A stretch of DNA of 64,000 bases, taken from positions 22,074-86,073 of the forward strand of contig CAZJNQ010000003.1 in the NCBI GenBank assembly GCA_964547475.1, written 5' to 3'. Both the position numbers and the translations under genes were made by a program. The notes beneath the pieces were generated by a model. That model did not search any database and was not told the DNA's origin. It was given only the letters and a program-made list of their open reading frames with translations. The DNA comes from an uncultured Porphyromonadaceae bacterium (GTDB taxonomy: Bacteria > Bacteroidota > Bacteroidia > Bacteroidales > UBA12481). Below are positions 52,340-64,000 of the stretch, piece by piece (position 1 is the first letter of the stretch; each line of letters begins with the position of its first letter).

Positions 52340-52364
52340 GATTCTGTTTGTTAATTAACTGAAT

Positions 52365-53114
52365 TTAAAGGACTTTTGCTTCTTCCTGCAATAATCTGAC
52401 GAGCTCCCTGACATGATCCGGATCGACTTTTTTGCAGGGTGGCTTGGATGCCGGCAGTTCAAAACTGATCATTTTGACGTACTCGGCGGTTTCAGAGGGC
52501 TGGATCACGGTCAGCGGTTTGGTGCGGGCCATCATGATACCGCGCATGGCAGGGATGCGGGGCTCCTTGGCGATACCTTTCTGAACCACGGCAACGACCG
52601 GGAGGTCCTGACTGACCATCTCTTTTCCCCCGTCAATATCGCGTGAAAAAACCAGTGCGCCGTCAACCGGATTAATGCCTGAAACGGCAGAGAGAGAAGG
52701 ATAATCCAGCAATTCCGCCAGCATGCCTCCGACCGAATTACCGTTATAATCACAGGATTCGATGCCGCATATGATCAGGTCAAACGGTTCCCTTTTTATT
52801 AACTCCGATATTTGGACTGCCACCTGGTAAGGCTCCATGGGTTCAAGGTTGATCCGGAAACCCGAATCCGCCCCGATGGCCAAAGCCTTGCGGATCGTAG
52901 GTTCCGCTTCAGCAGACCCGACCGTCACCACTGAAATGGTTTCAACGGGTAATTGTCCGCTTTCCCTCAGTTCAACCGCCCGTGTCAGGGCAAATTCATC
53001 CCATGGATTGATCACCCACTGGACACCGGACTGATCAAAACGGGTTCCCTGATCGGTGAAACGGATTTTCGTGGTAGTATCCGGTACATGTCCCAGACAC
53101 ACAAGAATTTTCAT
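52365..53114 (-). CDS. etfB: Electron transfer flavoprotein beta subunit
   Basis: MKILVCLGHVPDTTTKIRF N-terminus and DLIICGIESCDYNGNSVGGMLAE. Confidence 0.9.
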   Translation of the reverse strand: MKILVCLGHVPDTTTKIRFTDQGTRFDQSGVQWVINPWDEFALTRAVELRESGQLPVETISVVTVGSAEAEPTIRKALAIGADSGFRINLEPMEPYQVAVQISELIKREPFDLIICGIESCDYNGNSVGGMLAELLDYPSLSAVSGINPVDGALVFSRDIDGGKEMVSQDLPVVAVVQKGIAKEPRIPAMRGIMMARTKPLTVIQPSETAEYVKMISFELPASKPPCKKVDPDHVRELVRLLQEEAKVL

Positions 53115-53170
53115 TGACCTGTTATTTAGTTTATAAGTTTAGTCATCAAACGGATGGGGGCAAATATATA

Positions 53171-53195
53171 AAAAAAACCCCGCTGTCGGGCGGGG
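53171..53195 (-). terminator. Intrinsic terminator after the DUF3467 gene: CCCCGC / GCGGGG stem followed (on the minus strand) by T8
   Basis: Stem at 53178-53183 / 53190-53195. The A-run at 53171-53177 on the + strand gives a U-tract on the minus transcript. 8 nt past the stop at 53203. Confidence 0.7.
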
Positions 53196-53202
53196 CTGAT
53201 TT

Positions 53203-53526
53203 CTAAGCTTCGGCGGTCGGGCCGCCAAATGTCATCGGTATAATGGGTCCTCCCTGCCTTTCAATATGCTTGATCGGGCCATGCACGGATTCATATTTTG
53301 AAATATTGTCCTGAAGGGCCAGCAGAAGCCGCTTGGCATGTTCCGGGGTCAGAATGACCCGGCTTTTGACATTGGCTTTCGGCAGGCCCGGCATGATCCT
53401 GACAAAGTCAAGGACAAACTCGGAACTGGAATGGGTGATGATAGCCAGGTTGGAATAAATGCCCTGTGCCACTTCTTCACTCAGCTCAATATTGATCTGA
53501 TTACCTTTTGGTTGCTGATCTGACAT
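53203..53526 (-). CDS. DUF3467 domain protein
   Basis: INIELSEEVAQGIYSNLAIITHSSSEFVLDF pattern. Sits immediately downstream of rpoC. Confidence 0.7.
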   Translation of the reverse strand: MSDQQPKGNQINIELSEEVAQGIYSNLAIITHSSSEFVLDFVRIMPGLPKANVKSRVILTPEHAKRLLLALQDNISKYESVHGPIKHIERQGGPIIPMTFGGPTAEA

Positions 53527-53543
53527 CTTGTTTTGTTTTATGA

Positions 53544-56500
53544 TTATTCCGTATCGGTTGCATCACCCGGTTCGCCGGTCTTCCCCTGCATCAGGGCCTG
53601 ATAGTCCTCGAGTGAGCCAACAACGATTTTTTCATACAGCCGGTTACCGGTTCCTGCAGGGATCAGGTGCCCGACAATGACGTTTTCCTTAAGTCCTCTC
53701 AGGTCATCCACCTTGCCCAGGATGGCTGCCTCGTTAAGCACTTTGGTGGTTTCCTGGAACGAAGCGGCTGACAGCCAGCTGTTCGTTTGCAGAGCCGCAC
53801 GGGTAATGCCCTGAAGGATCTGGCTTGATGTGGCCGGAACGGCCTCCCTGGCTTCGATCGTACGCATGTCTTTCCTCTTCAGGACAGAGTTTTCATCCCG
53901 GAGTTTGCGGGCCGATACAATCTGGCCCGGTCTGAGTGTCTGGGAATCCCCTGCTTCGGTGATCACCTTCTTGCCATAAATCCAATCATTTTCCTCCATC
54001 ACCTCAATCTTATCAACAATCTGTTTTTCAAGGAATTTTGTGTCACCCGGATCTTCCACCACCACCTTGCGCATCATCTGGCGCACGATGACCTCGAAAT
54101 GCTTGTCATTGATCTTAACTCCCTGCATCCTGTAAACTTCCTGAACTTCGTTCACGATATATTCCTGCACTGCCGTCGGGCCTTTGATTGCCAGGATATC
54201 GGAAGGTGTGATGGAACCGTCGGAGAGAGGTGTCCCGGCCCTCACGTAGTCGTTGGGCTGCACGAGAATCTGTTTTGACAGTGAAACCAGGTATTTTTTT
54301 ATTTCGCTTGATTTAGAGGTGATCACGATTTCACGGTTGCCCCTTTTAACCTTACCGTAGGAGATTTCTCCGTCAATCTCAGCTACTACTGCCGGATTGG
54401 AAGGATTACGGGCTTCAAACAATTCCGTTACGCGGGGCAGACCACCGGTGATGTCACCGGCTTTACTGGCTGAGCGCGGGATCTTGACCAGAGTTTCGCC
54501 GGCTTTTACTTTGTCACCCTCGTTAACGCTGATATGCGATCCGACCGGAAGGTTATAGATCTTGAGCGGCTCGCCATTCTTGGCGAGGATCTTGATCTCG
54601 GGATTCTTGGTCTTATCCTTGGTCTCGGTGATCACTTTTTCCCTGAAACCAGTCTGCTCGTCCGATTCATCCCTGTAAGTAATCCCCTCGATCACGCTGT
54701 CGAACGAAACCTTGCCCGCCGCTTCAGAAACAATGACGGCGTTGAAGGCATCCCATTCACAAAGCAGATCCCCTTTCACCACATCGTCCCCTTCATGGCG
54801 GTATACTTTCGCTCCATATGGAATGCTCTGGGTGGTCAGGGTGATGCCGGTATTTTTGTCGACGATCCGCATCTCAGCCAGACGGCCGATGACAACCTTG
54901 GCCTTGATTCCTTCATTCTGGTAATCAACCGTACGAAGCTCATCGAACTCGAGTCGTCCGTCGTACCGGGCATAAATGCTGGATTCAATGGCGATGTTGG
55001 AAGCGGTACCCCCGACGTGGAAGGTACGCAGGGTCAGCTGCGTGCCAGGTTCGCCGATGGACTGTGCAGCGATCACGCCGACGGCATCACCGTTCTGCGC
55101 CAACCGGCCGGTAGCCAGGCTGCGCCCGTAACATTTAGCGCAAACCCCGAATTTGGATTCACAAGTCAGCACCGAGCGAATCTCCACCTGTTCGATGGGA
55201 GAAACTTCAATGGCCAGGGCTATCTCTTCAGTGATCTCTTCGCCCGACTGGACGATCAGTTCGCCGGAAGTGGGGTGATAGATGTCATGCAGGGTGACAC
55301 GCCCGAGAATCCTGTCATAAAGTGACTCGACTACTTCCTCATTGTTTTTGAGAGCGGTGGCGATCAGCCCGCGCAGGGTTCCGCAGTCTTCTTCCGAAAC
55401 AACCACGTCCTGCGAAACATCCACCAGGCGGCGTGTCAGGTAACCGGCATCAGCGGTTTTCAGGGCGGTATCGGCCAAACCCTTGCGTGCACCATGCGTT
55501 GAAATGAAGTATTCGAGAACCGACAAACCCTCTTTAAAGTTTGAAAGGATCGGGTTTTCGATGATCTCGGCACTGGTGGAACCCGATTTCTGGGGTTTGG
55601 CCATCAGTCCCCTCATCCCGCAGAGCTGGCGGATCTGCTCCTTGGAACCACGGGCACCCGAGTCAAGCATCATATAGATGGAATTGAATCCCTGACGGTC
55701 AGTGCTCAGTTTGTTCAGCACAGTCTGTGTCAGACGGGCATTCGTATGGGTCCAGATGTCAATGATCTGGTTATATCTTTCATTATTGGTAATGAAACCC
55801 ATGTTGTAGTTGCCCACCACCTCGTCAACCAGGTCATAGCCTTCACGGATCATGTCATCTTTCTCTTCCGGGATGATGACATCTTCGAGGTTGAAGGACA
55901 ACCCGCCGTTGAAAGCCGACATGAAACCGATCTCCTTGATGTCATCCAGGAACCTGGCCGTTTTGGCCGTGCCGCATTCCTTAAGAACACGTCCGATGAT
56001 CTCGCGCAGCGATTTCTTGGTCAGCAGAGTATTGATATAACCCACTTCTTCCGGGACCACCTCATTAAAAAGGACCCTGCCGACAGTGGTTTCGATGATC
56101 CTGAAAACCTGCTGACCTTCCACCATGTCCCGTGTTTTTACCCGGATGTTGGCGTGCAGGTCAACGGCCCCTTCATTATAGGCAATGATCACTTCTTCAG
56201 GAGAATAGAAAACCAGGCCATCGCCCTTGACGTGTTCGGTTGAAGTGCTGATGCGGCCTTTGGTAATGTAATAGAGCCCGAGAACCATGTCTTGCGAAGG
56301 CACGGTTACCGGCGCGCCGTTAGCCGGATTCAGGATGTTATGCGAAGCCAGCATGAGCATCTGGGCTTCAAGGATTGCAGCATTTCCAAGCGGAAGATGC
56401 ACGGCCATCTGGTCTCCGTCAAAGTCGGCGTTGAATGCCGTACACACGAGCGGGTGAAGCTGGATGGCTTTCCCTTCGATCATTTTAGGCTGGAATGCCT

Positions 56501-57839
56501 GTATCCCTAACCGGTGCAAAGTAGGAGCACGGTTCAGGAGTACCGGATGGCCTTTCATCACGTTTTCAAGAATGTCCCACACCACCGGATCCCTGCGGTC
56601 CACAATCTTCTTGGCGGTTTTGACGGTCTTGACAATACCCCTTTCAATCAGTTTCCTGATTATGAAAGGCTTGTAAAGCTCAGCAGCCATGTCTTTGGGC
56701 AGTCCGCATTCATGCAGTTTAAGCTCCGGGCCGACCACGATTACCGAACGGGCCGAGTAGTCGACCCTTTTACCGAGCAGGTTCTGGCGGAACCGTCCCT
56801 GTTTCCCTTTCAGGCTATCGCTGAGCGATTTCAAGGGCCTGTTTGCATCGGTTTTGACTGCATTGGACTTGCGTGAATTATCAAACAGGGAATCCACGGC
56901 CTCCTGCAGCATCCTTTTCTCATTCCTGAGGATCACCTCGGGAGCTTTAATTTCAATCAGCCTTTTCAGGCGATTGTTCCGGATGATCACCCTGCGGTAA
57001 AGATCATTGAGATCGGAGGTGGCAAACCGTCCCCCGTCCAGCGGGACCAGAGGCCTCAGTTCAGGGGGGATGACGGGCACAACCTTGACGATCATCCACT
57101 CGGGGCGGTTCACATTCTTGGAAGCCCTGAAGGATTCCACGACCTGCAAACGCTTGAGAGCTTCGCTTTTTCGCTGCTGCGAAGATTCGCTGTCGGCGCG
57201 GTGGCGCAGGTCGTAGGATAATTCATCCAGGTCGATCCGCTCCAGCATTTTATAGAGCGCTTCGGCGCCCATGCCGGCTATGAATTTCCGCGGATCGGTA
57301 TCGTCAAGCAAATGATTGTCTTTCGGAAGTGATTCAAGAATATCCAGGTACTCCTCTTCACTCAGGAAATCATAGAGCTTGATCCCGTCAGCTTCTTTCA
57401 TGCCCGGGTTAATGACCACGTATTTTTCATAATAGATGATGGAGTCCAGCTTCTTGCTGGGCATTCCCAGAAGATACCCGATCTTGTTCGGCAAGGAACG
57501 GAAGTACCAGATATGGGCTACCGGAACGGTAAGGGAGATATGTCCCATCCTTTCCCTCCGGACTTTCTTTTCAGTGACTTCCACGCCGCACCGGTCACAG
57601 ATTATACCCTTGTACCGGATCCTTTTGTATTTCCCGCAGTGACACTCATAATCCTTGACCGGACCGAATATCCTCTCGCAGAAAAGTCCGTCACGCTCGG
57701 GCTTGTAAGTACGGTAATTGATGGTTTCGGGTTTCAGCACTTCTCCACTCGATCTTTCGAGGATCTCTTCGGGGGAAGCCAAACCCAGAGCCATTTTGGT
57801 AAAAACGATTTTTACCTTGGTTTCTTTCCTGAACGCCAT
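53544..57839 (-). CDS. rpoC: DNA-directed RNA polymerase subunit beta'
   Basis: [12 protein letters not shown] catalytic motif and Zn-binding [23 protein letters not shown]. 1431 aa. Confidence 0.97.
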   Translation of the reverse strand: MAFRKETKVKIVFTKMALGLASPEEILERSSGEVLKPETINYRTYKPERDGLFCERIFGPVKDYECHCGKYKRIRYKGIICDRCGVEVTEKKVRRERMGHISLTVPVAHIWYFRSLPNKIGYLLGMPSKKLDSIIYYEKYVVINPGMKEADGIKLYDFLSEEEYLDILESLPKDNHLLDDTDPRKFIAGMGAEALYKMLERIDLDELSYDLRHRADSESSQQRKSEALKRLQVVESFRASKNVNRPEWMIVKVVPVIPPELRPLVPLDGGRFATSDLNDLYRRVIIRNNRLKRLIEIKAPEVILRNEKRMLQEAVDSLFDNSRKSNAVKTDANRPLKSLSDSLKGKQGRFRQNLLGKRVDYSARSVIVVGPELKLHECGLPKDMAAELYKPFIIRKLIERGIVKTVKTAKKIVDRRDPVVWDILENVMKGHPVLLNRAPTLHRLGIQAFQPKMIEGKAIQLHPLVCTAFNADFDGDQMAVHLPLGNAAILEAQMLMLASHNILNPANGAPVTVPSQDMVLGLYYITKGRISTSTEHVKGDGLVFYSPEEVIIAYNEGAVDLHANIRVKTRDMVEGQQVFRIIETTVGRVLFNEVVPEEVGYINTLLTKKSLREIIGRVLKECGTAKTARFLDDIKEIGFMSAFNGGLSFNLEDVIIPEEKDDMIREGYDLVDEVVGNYNMGFITNNERYNQIIDIWTHTNARLTQTVLNKLSTDRQGFNSIYMMLDSGARGSKEQIRQLCGMRGLMAKPQKSGSTSAEIIENPILSNFKEGLSVLEYFISTHGARKGLADTALKTADAGYLTRRLVDVSQDVVVSEEDCGTLRGLIATALKNNEEVVESLYDRILGRVTLHDIYHPTSGELIVQSGEEITEEIALAIEVSPIEQVEIRSVLTCESKFGVCAKCYGRSLATGRLAQNGDAVGVIAAQSIGEPGTQLTLRTFHVGGTASNIAIESSIYARYDGRLEFDELRTVDYQNEGIKAKVVIGRLAEMRIVDKNTGITLTTQSIPYGAKVYRHEGDDVVKGDLLCEWDAFNAVIVSEAAGKVSFDSVIEGITYRDESDEQTGFREKVITETKDKTKNPEIKILAKNGEPLKIYNLPVGSHISVNEGDKVKAGETLVKIPRSASKAGDITGGLPRVTELFEARNPSNPAVVAEIDGEISYGKVKRGNREIVITSKSSEIKKYLVSLSKQILVQPNDYVRAGTPLSDGSITPSDILAIKGPTAVQEYIVNEVQEVYRMQGVKINDKHFEVIVRQMMRKVVVEDPGDTKFLEKQIVDKIEVMEENDWIYGKKVITEAGDSQTLRPGQIVSARKLRDENSVLKRKDMRTIEAREAVPATSSQILQGITRAALQTNSWLSAASFQETTKVLNEAAILGKVDDLRGLKENVIVGHLIPAGTGNRLYEKIVVGSLEDYQALMQGKTGEPGDATDTE

Positions 57840-57873
57840 GTTATTACAGAGTTCTTGATTTAACTATTCAGAA

Positions 57874-60800
57874 TCAGATTAACTTAACACTGAGCCCAAG
57901 ACCCCTCAATTCGTGCAACAGAACGTTGAGGGATTCCGGAATGCCCGGAATCGGCAGGGGCTCACCCTTGACAATGGCCTCATAAGCCTTGGCACGGCCA
58001 ATCACGTCATCCGATTTTACGGTCAGAATTTCCTGGAGGATGTGCGCAGCACCGAAGGCTTCCAGTGCCCAGACCTCCATTTCCCCGAACCGCTGCCCGC
58101 CGAACTGGGCCTTGCCACCCAGCGGTTGCTGCGTTATCAGTGAATAGGGCCCTATGGAACGGGCATGCATTTTATCCTCGACCATATGACCGAGTTTCAA
58201 CATATAGATCACACCAACCGTCGCCGGCTGGTCGAACCGTTCGCCGGTCCCCCCGTCAAACAGGTAGGTTCTGCCGTATTTTGGTACACCGGCCTTGTTG
58301 GTCAGCTCGGTGATCTCATCCAGAGTGGCTCCGTCAAAAATCGGGCTTGAAAAGGTCATTCCCAATTCGGATCCCGCCCATCCCAGCACCGTTTCATAGA
58401 TCTGGCCCAGGTTCATGCGGGAAGGCACACCCAGCGGGTTGAGAACGATATCCACGGGAGTACCGTCTTCAAGGAAAGGCATATCCTCCTCCCTGACGAT
58501 CTTGGCTACGATACCCTTGTTCCCGTGACGGCCCGCCATCTTGTCCCCAACTGTCAGCTTGCGCTTCTTGGCGATATAAACCTTGGCCAGCTGTACAATG
58601 CCTGCGGGAAGTTCATCTCCGATCGTGACATTGTATTTCTTGCGCCGGTAATCACCTTCGAGTTCCTTGTACTTGATAAGGTAATTCTGCAGCAGTTCCC
58701 TGATGGTATCGTTCTTGTCCTTGTCAGTAGTCCACTTATTAGGATTAACCATCAGATAATCAATGCTCTGAAGAATTCTCTGGGAGAACTTGGTACCTTT
58801 GGGAACAACATCCTCATTGAGGTAATTCTTAACCCCCTGGGAGGCTTTACCGTTGACCAGGGTGAACAGCTTGTCGACCAGGATACCGGTAAGGTCGTCA
58901 ACCTGCCGCTTGAATTCCTGATCGAACTTGTCAATCAGGGTTTTTTCGGCTGCACGGATCTTCCGGTCCTTCATGCTTTTCGAGAAGAGCTTTTTATCAA
59001 TGACCACGCCGCTGAGCGAAGGCCCCGCCTTAAGGCTGGCATCCTTGACATCACCGGCTTTATCACCGAAGATAGCCCGCAGCAGTTTTTCCTCTGGTGA
59101 AGGATCAGATTCTCCTTTCGGTGTGATTTTCCCGATCAGGATATCCTGGGGCCTGACTTCAGCACCGATGCGGATCAGGCCGTTTTCATCCAGGTTCCGC
59201 GTGGCTTCTTCGCTCACGTTCGGAATGTCGGCCGTGAGTTCCTCAAGGCCCCGCTTGGTATCCCGGACTTCGAGAAGGTACTCATCGATATGGATCGAAC
59301 TGAACAGATCCTCCCTGACCACTTTTTCGGAAACCACGATGGCATCTTCAAAATTGTATCCTTTCCAGGGCATGAAGGCAACCTTCAGGTTTCGTCCCAG
59401 CGCCAATTCTCCGTTATTGGTCGAATAACCTCCGGTGAGGATCTGGCCCTTGGTGACCCGGTCGCCCTTGCTGACCACCGGTCTCAGGTTGATCGTTGTA
59501 TTCTGGTTGGTCTTGTTGAATTTCGGGAGAATATAGGTTTTAACCTCGTTGTCAAACCGGACAAACTTCTGATAGTCATCGCGGTCATACCGGATCACGA
59601 TTCTTTCGGCATCGGCATATTCAACCAGGCCGTCGCTTTCAGCCGTAAAATGAATGCGGCTGTCGCGGATCACTTCTCCTTCGATGCCGGTTCCCACAAT
59701 GGGGGCATCGGGGTTGACCAGCGGAACAGCCTGGCGCATCATGTTTGATCCCATGAGGGCCCGGTTGGCATCGTCATGTTCCAGGAAAGGGATCAGCGAA
59801 GCGGCGATGGAAGCGATCTGGTTCGGGGCCACGTCCATGAGCTTGACCTCTTCAGGAGTGGCAATCGGGAAATCGCCTTCGTAGCGCGACTTGATCCTTT
59901 TGTTGATGAAAGTGCCGTCGTCGTTCAGTTCCGCATTGGCCTGGGCAATAATATTCCCTTCTTCTTCTTCGGCGGTCAGGTACAGGATCCCTTCGTCAGA
60001 CAGGTCTACCTTTCCGTTTTCCACTTTGCGGTAAGGAGTTTCGATAAAACCCAGTTCATTGACCGTGGCATAAACGCACAGTGAAGAGATCAGACCGATG
60101 TTCGGACCTTCAGGGGTTTCAATCGGGCAAAGACGCCCGTAATGAGTATAGTGAACGTCACGGACTTCGAATCCGGCCCGTTCTCTCGACAAACCTCCGG
60201 GTCCCAGTGCCGACATACGGCGTTTGTGGGTCATTTCGGCCAGCGGATTGGTCTGGTCCATGAATTGGGACAGCGCATTGGTGCCGAAGAACGAGTTAAT
60301 GACCGAAGAGAGTGTTTTGGAATTGATCAGGTCGATGGGTGTAAACACCTCATTATCCCTTACATTCATACGCTCCCGGATGGTTCTTGACATACGGGCG
60401 AGGCCGACTCCGAACTGGCCGAAAAGCTGTTCGCCGACGGTCCTTACCCGGCGGTTGCTCAAATGGTCGATATCATCGACATCGGCCTTTGAATTGATCA
60501 GCTGGATCAGATACTTGATAATGCTGATGATGTCTTCCTTGGTCAGGACCTTGACACCCATATCGATCTGGAGTCCGAGCTTCTTATTGATCCTGTATCG
60601 GCCCACGTTGCCAAGATCGTACCGTTTTTCCGAGAAGAACAGTTTGTCGATCACATCCCTGGCGGTGGAGTTATCCGGCGGATCGGCATTTCTGAGCTGC
60701 CTGTAGATATGGATAACAGCTTCTTTTTCCGAGTTGCAGGGGTCCTTTTGCAGGGTATTGTAAATGATCGCAAAATCAGAAAGGTTGGTATCATCCTTAT

Positions 60801-61683
60801 GCAGGAGGATCGATTTGGTGCCTGATTCGACAATGGCATCCACATGTTCGTTTTCCAGAACGGTTTCACGGTCGACGATGATTTCGTTCCTTTCGATCGA
60901 AACGACTTCACCCGTATCCTCATCCACAAAATCCTCGATCCATGATTTCAGGACGCGGGCTGCAAGTTTCCGGCCGATCACCTTTTTCAGTGCGGCTTTG
61001 GAAACCTTGATCTCATCGGCCAGGTCAAAGATTTCAAGAATGTCCCTGTCACTTTCAAATCCGATGGCCCTGAGCAGGGTGGTCACGGGTAATTTCTTTT
61101 TACGGTCGATGTAGGCATACATCACATTGTTGATGTCGGTCGCAAATTCAATCCAGGATCCCCGGAACGGGATCACCCGGGCTGAATACAGTTTACTTCC
61201 GTTGGCATGTATGCTCTGTCCGAAAAAAACGCCCGGTGAGCGGTGCAACTGCGATACTACGACGCGTTCGGCACCGTTGATCACAAAGGTGCCCCTGGGT
61301 GTCATATACGGAACGGTACCCAGGTAAACATCCTGGATGACCATGTCAAAATCTTCGTGCTCGGGATCGGTGCAATAGAGTTTGAGCTTGGCTTTCAGCG
61401 GCACGCTGAAAGTCAGTCCCCGCTCGATACATTCCTCAATGGTGTACCGGGGCGGATCGATGTAATAATCAAGAAATTCCAGAACGAAATTATTCCGGGT
61501 ATCGGTAATCGGGAAGTTCTCCTGGAAAACTTTGTAGAGGCCCTCATTTTTTCGTTGTTCCGGGGTGGTTTCCAGCTGGAAGAATTCCGTGAAGGATTTC
61601 ACCTGGACCTCAAGAAAATCCGGATAGTTTAACTGGCTTTTTGTGGAACCAAAATTGATTCGCTGTGTGCTTGTCTGTGTCAT
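57874..61683 (-). CDS. rpoB: DNA-directed RNA polymerase subunit beta
   Basis: Characteristic RpoB regions (…[13 protein letters not shown]…, …MNVGQ-like [12 protein letters not shown]…). 1269 aa. Confidence 0.97.
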   Translation of the reverse strand: MTQTSTQRINFGSTKSQLNYPDFLEVQVKSFTEFFQLETTPEQRKNEGLYKVFQENFPITDTRNNFVLEFLDYYIDPPRYTIEECIERGLTFSVPLKAKLKLYCTDPEHEDFDMVIQDVYLGTVPYMTPRGTFVINGAERVVVSQLHRSPGVFFGQSIHANGSKLYSARVIPFRGSWIEFATDINNVMYAYIDRKKKLPVTTLLRAIGFESDRDILEIFDLADEIKVSKAALKKVIGRKLAARVLKSWIEDFVDEDTGEVVSIERNEIIVDRETVLENEHVDAIVESGTKSILLHKDDTNLSDFAIIYNTLQKDPCNSEKEAVIHIYRQLRNADPPDNSTARDVIDKLFFSEKRYDLGNVGRYRINKKLGLQIDMGVKVLTKEDIISIIKYLIQLINSKADVDDIDHLSNRRVRTVGEQLFGQFGVGLARMSRTIRERMNVRDNEVFTPIDLINSKTLSSVINSFFGTNALSQFMDQTNPLAEMTHKRRMSALGPGGLSRERAGFEVRDVHYTHYGRLCPIETPEGPNIGLISSLCVYATVNELGFIETPYRKVENGKVDLSDEGILYLTAEEEEGNIIAQANAELNDDGTFINKRIKSRYEGDFPIATPEEVKLMDVAPNQIASIAASLIPFLEHDDANRALMGSNMMRQAVPLVNPDAPIVGTGIEGEVIRDSRIHFTAESDGLVEYADAERIVIRYDRDDYQKFVRFDNEVKTYILPKFNKTNQNTTINLRPVVSKGDRVTKGQILTGGYSTNNGELALGRNLKVAFMPWKGYNFEDAIVVSEKVVREDLFSSIHIDEYLLEVRDTKRGLEELTADIPNVSEEATRNLDENGLIRIGAEVRPQDILIGKITPKGESDPSPEEKLLRAIFGDKAGDVKDASLKAGPSLSGVVIDKKLFSKSMKDRKIRAAEKTLIDKFDQEFKRQVDDLTGILVDKLFTLVNGKASQGVKNYLNEDVVPKGTKFSQRILQSIDYLMVNPNKWTTDKDKNDTIRELLQNYLIKYKELEGDYRRKKYNVTIGDELPAGIVQLAKVYIAKKRKLTVGDKMAGRHGNKGIVAKIVREEDMPFLEDGTPVDIVLNPLGVPSRMNLGQIYETVLGWAGSELGMTFSSPIFDGATLDEITELTNKAGVPKYGRTYLFDGGTGERFDQPATVGVIYMLKLGHMVEDKMHARSIGPYSLITQQPLGGKAQFGGQRFGEMEVWALEAFGAAHILQEILTVKSDDVIGRAKAYEAIVKGEPLPIPGIPESLNVLLHELRGLGLSVKLI

Positions 61684-61737
61684 CGACCAGGAAGGTGTTT
61701 ATTAAAACAGGAAATCAAAACAACAGCAAAAAGGCTT

Positions 61738-61761
61738 AGAACCCCGGAAAACCGGGATTCT
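61738..61761 (-). terminator. Stem-loop in the rplL-rpoB spacer (possible attenuator)
   Basis: The minus-strand RNA AGAATCCCGG-TTTT-CCGGGGTTCT forms a 10-bp stem with one G-U pair. A T5 run follows 5 nt later. Confidence 0.4.
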
Positions 61762-61793
61762 AAACCTTGAGAAATGGGTATGAAAGATTCGTC

Positions 61794-62174
61794 TTATTTA
61801 ATTTCAACTTCAGCTCCTGCTTCAACAAGTTGATTTTTCAAGGCTTCAGCTTCTTCCTTCGAGACTTTCTCCTTCACGGCTTTAGGAGCAGCATCTACCA
61901 ATTCTTTTGCTTCTTTCAGTCCGAGGCCGGTGAGTTCCTTAACCAGTTTCACAATCTGGAGTTTGGCGCCGCCCGGGGCTTTCAGAATTACATCAAATTC
62001 GGTCTGTACAGCGGCTGCAGGGCCTTCAGCCCCGCTGGCAGCCGGGCCGGCAACTGCAACTGCAGCGGCAGCCGGTTCAATTCCATAGTCATTCTTAAGG
62101 ATATCACCCAGTTCGTTGACTTCCTTAACGGTAAGGTTAACCAGTTCTTCAGCGAGCTTTTTTAAATCAGCCAT
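61794..62174 (-). CDS. rplL: 50S ribosomal protein L7/L12
   Basis: [22 protein letters not shown]..., Ala-rich hinge, ...LKEAKELVD.... Confidence 0.96.
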   Translation of the reverse strand: MADLKKLAEELVNLTVKEVNELGDILKNDYGIEPAAAAVAVAGPAASGAEGPAAAVQTEFDVILKAPGGAKLQIVKLVKELTGLGLKEAKELVDAAPKAVKEKVSKEEAEALKNQLVEAGAEVEIK

Positions 62175-62213
62175 TTTCTTATGATTTTACAAATGGATTC
62201 AACAATAAAATAC

Positions 62214-62729
62214 TTATCTGTCAGACAGGGTCTTGACGACTCCTGCCAAAATCTGTTTACCGGAATTGAGTTGTGTCATCACGTTCCGCATCGGTGATTG
62301 CAGCAAAGCAATGACGTCAGCAAGAAGTTCTTCACGACTTTTCACGGAGATTAATGTATCGATGAGGTTTGCACCCACATAGATACATTCTTCAACATAG
62401 GCGCCTTTGAGTTCGGGCTTGTCATGATTCTTGCGGAAGCTTTGAATCATTCTGGCCGGCTTGTTACCCGTATCCGTGATCATCACGGACGTGGGTCCAT
62501 TCAGGACCGGGTAGAGTTCCTCATAGTCGCCTCGGGCGCGTTCCAATGCTTTTTTCAGAAGGGTGTTTTTCACTACCAGCAACTTCACATCCTCTTTAAA
62601 ACAGATCCTCCTTAAAGCAACCGTATCACCAGCATCGAGTCCACCGATATCAGTTATGTAAAAATGTTTCGCCTGATTTATCTCTTCGGTGAGTTGATCG
62701 ATGATGGCGTTTTTATCTTCCCGTTTCAT
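62214..62729 (-). CDS. rplJ: 50S ribosomal protein L10
   Basis: Position between rplA and rplL, 171 aa, typical MKREDK... N-terminus. Confidence 0.93.
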   Translation of the reverse strand: MKREDKNAIIDQLTEEINQAKHFYITDIGGLDAGDTVALRRICFKEDVKLLVVKNTLLKKALERARGDYEELYPVLNGPTSVMITDTGNKPARMIQSFRKNHDKPELKGAYVEECIYVGANLIDTLISVKSREELLADVIALLQSPMRNVMTQLNSGKQILAGVVKTLSDR

Positions 62730-62755
62730 GATTTGTACAATCTCATTTTAGGGTT

Positions 62756-63451
62756 TTACGCTTCAATTGACCTTGGGTCGATCGGAATACCTGCGCTCAT
62801 GGTACTTGACATATAGACGCTTCTAACGTAAGTGCCTTTGGCAGCCGATGGTTTCAGCTTGACGATGGACGTAAGCAGCTCGCGGGCATTGTCCGCGATC
62901 TTGTCAGCATCAAAGGAAACCTTTCCGATGGCCGCATGGACGATACCGAATTTATCCACCTTGAAGTCGATCTTACCTTTTTTCACATCGGTAATAGCTT
63001 TCCCGACTTCCATGGTAACCGTTCCGGTTTTTGGGTTCGGCATCAAACCGCGCGGACCCAGTATACGGCCCAACGGTCCGATTTTAGCCATACAGGAAGG
63101 CATCGTAATGATCACGTCGACGTCGGTCCAGCCGCCCTTGATCTTCTCGACGAATTCGTCGAGTCCGACAAAGTCGGCACCTGCATCCCTGGCTTCGGTT
63201 TCTTTATCCGGTGTTACCAACGCAAGCACCCGGATCTCTTTACCCGTACCGTGAGGCAGTGTGACCACGCCGCGAACCATTTGATTGGCTTTCCTGGGAT
63301 CAACCCCGAGGCGCACATCCAGATCCACCGAAGCGTTGAACTTGGTGGTTGTGACCTGTTTTACCAGGGCGGATGCTTCGTTCAGGGTATACAACTTATT
63401 CGCCTCGATCTTGTCGATGACGAGTTTTCTGTTCTTGGTCAATTTAGCCAT
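62756..63451 (-). CDS. rplA: 50S ribosomal protein L1
   Basis: MAKLTKNRK..., ...[20 protein letters not shown]..., ...LPHGTGK.... Confidence 0.96.
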   Translation of the reverse strand: MAKLTKNRKLVIDKIEANKLYTLNEASALVKQVTTTKFNASVDLDVRLGVDPRKANQMVRGVVTLPHGTGKEIRVLALVTPDKETEARDAGADFVGLDEFVEKIKGGWTDVDVIITMPSCMAKIGPLGRILGPRGLMPNPKTGTVTMEVGKAITDVKKGKIDFKVDKFGIVHAAIGKVSFDADKIADNARELLTSIVKLKPSAAKGTYVRSVYMSSTMSAGIPIDPRSIEA

Positions 63452-63463
63452 GATTCTCCTTAA

Positions 63464-63901
63464 TTAAAAGGGTGCATCACCTTTGATTGTTATTCCCATG
63501 CTCCGTGCTGTACCTGCAACCATCCTCATGGCCGATTCGACGGTGAACGCATTCAGGTCGTCCATCTTGTCCTCGGCAATGTGACGGATCTGTTCCCAGG
63601 TAACCTGGCCGACTTTTGACCGGTTTGGTTCTGAAGAGCCCTTTTTTATTTTTGACGCTTCAATCAGTTGAACAGCGGCAGGCGGGGTTTTAGTGACAAA
63701 GTCGAATGATTTGTCGCCGTAAACCGTTATCACCACGGGAATAATTTTTCCGGATTTGTCCTGTGTGCGGGCATTGAACTGCTTACAGAAGTCCATGATG
63801 TTGACTCCCTTGGAGCCCAACGCCGGCCCAACGGGAGGCGAAGGGTTCGCACCCCCGCCCCGGATCTGCAATTTGATGATTCCCGTTACCTCTTTTGCCA
63901 T
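63464..63901 (-). CDS. rplK: 50S ribosomal protein L11
   Basis: [29 protein letters not shown] from the ATG at 63901. The track ORF carries a 10-codon upstream extension. Confidence 0.96.
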   Translation of the reverse strand: MAKEVTGIIKLQIRGGGANPSPPVGPALGSKGVNIMDFCKQFNARTQDKSGKIIPVVITVYGDKSFDFVTKTPPAAVQLIEASKIKKGSSEPNRSKVGQVTWEQIRHIAEDKMDDLNAFTVESAMRMVAGTARSMGITIKGDAPF

Positions 63902-64000
63902 ACGATTAAAATCAAAGTTTATAATGAACACTCATACAGGTTGCCTTAGTAACAATGTCAGGCGAAGAACCGAAACAGGAGGAAGCTTTGGGTCGACCGG

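Noticed and set aside
54534-55325. 263-aa plus-strand ORF inside rpoC, plus many similar ORFs inside rpoB and rpoC
   Set aside because: They are antisense shadows within universally conserved genes.
63932-64000. Possible 3' end of nusG upstream of rplK (expected synteny)
   Set aside because: Translations of the three minus-strand frames of the last 69 nt do not show a recognisable NusG C-terminus, and the sequence is too short to call.

Overview
The window is a gene-dense chromosomal segment, about 60 genes with most on the minus strand. It most likely comes from an anaerobic member of the Bacteroidota. Support for that placement: the rplK-rplA-rplJ-rplL-rpoB-rpoC block is followed by a DUF3467 gene; there is a TonB-dependent receptor with a carboxypeptidase-regulatory-like N-terminus, an S46 dipeptidyl-peptidase and a DUF3078-like protein; TAnnTTTG -7 boxes occur; Shine-Dalgarno sites are largely absent. 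All calls come from reading the supplied ORF translations and the DNA by eye. No database search was run, so family names are motif-level recognitions.

Housekeeping genes: pheT, yicC-gmk-nadD, kdsC, maf, and the ribosomal protein / RNA polymerase block.

Anaerobic energy metabolism:
- A seven-gene operon encoding an ADP-forming acyl-CoA synthetase, a D-TA-like PLP enzyme, an aminotransferase and a four-subunit 2-oxoacid:ferredoxin oxidoreductase.
- A three-subunit [FeFe]-hydrogenase (hydCBA) followed by rex.
- An acyl-CoA dehydrogenase, a membrane Fe-S oxidoreductase and etfBA.

Other content: a tryptophanase-family lyase; a 1994-aa alpha-2-macroglobulin-like protein without a CxEQ thioester; and a TM1266-like ACT protein coupled to a TonB-dependent receptor, divergent from a NitT/TauT-type ABC transporter.

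The most unusual locus is 30.5-38.0 kb. Two tandem paralogous signal-anchored proteins have C-terminal halves built from about 13-16 copies of a 9-11-residue 'hh-D-A-E-K-[LM]-G' repeat that I cannot assign to any family. They are co-oriented with a 980-aa secreted HExxH / beta-propeller-like protein. Divergently transcribed from them is an operon encoding an RsbW-like kinase, a STAS protein and a PrsW-like intramembrane protease.

A second recurring oddity is that several intergenic spacers consist entirely of short tandem repeats (units of 7, 9, 14 or about 20 bp). Other convergent gene pairs abut or overlap with no room for a terminator.
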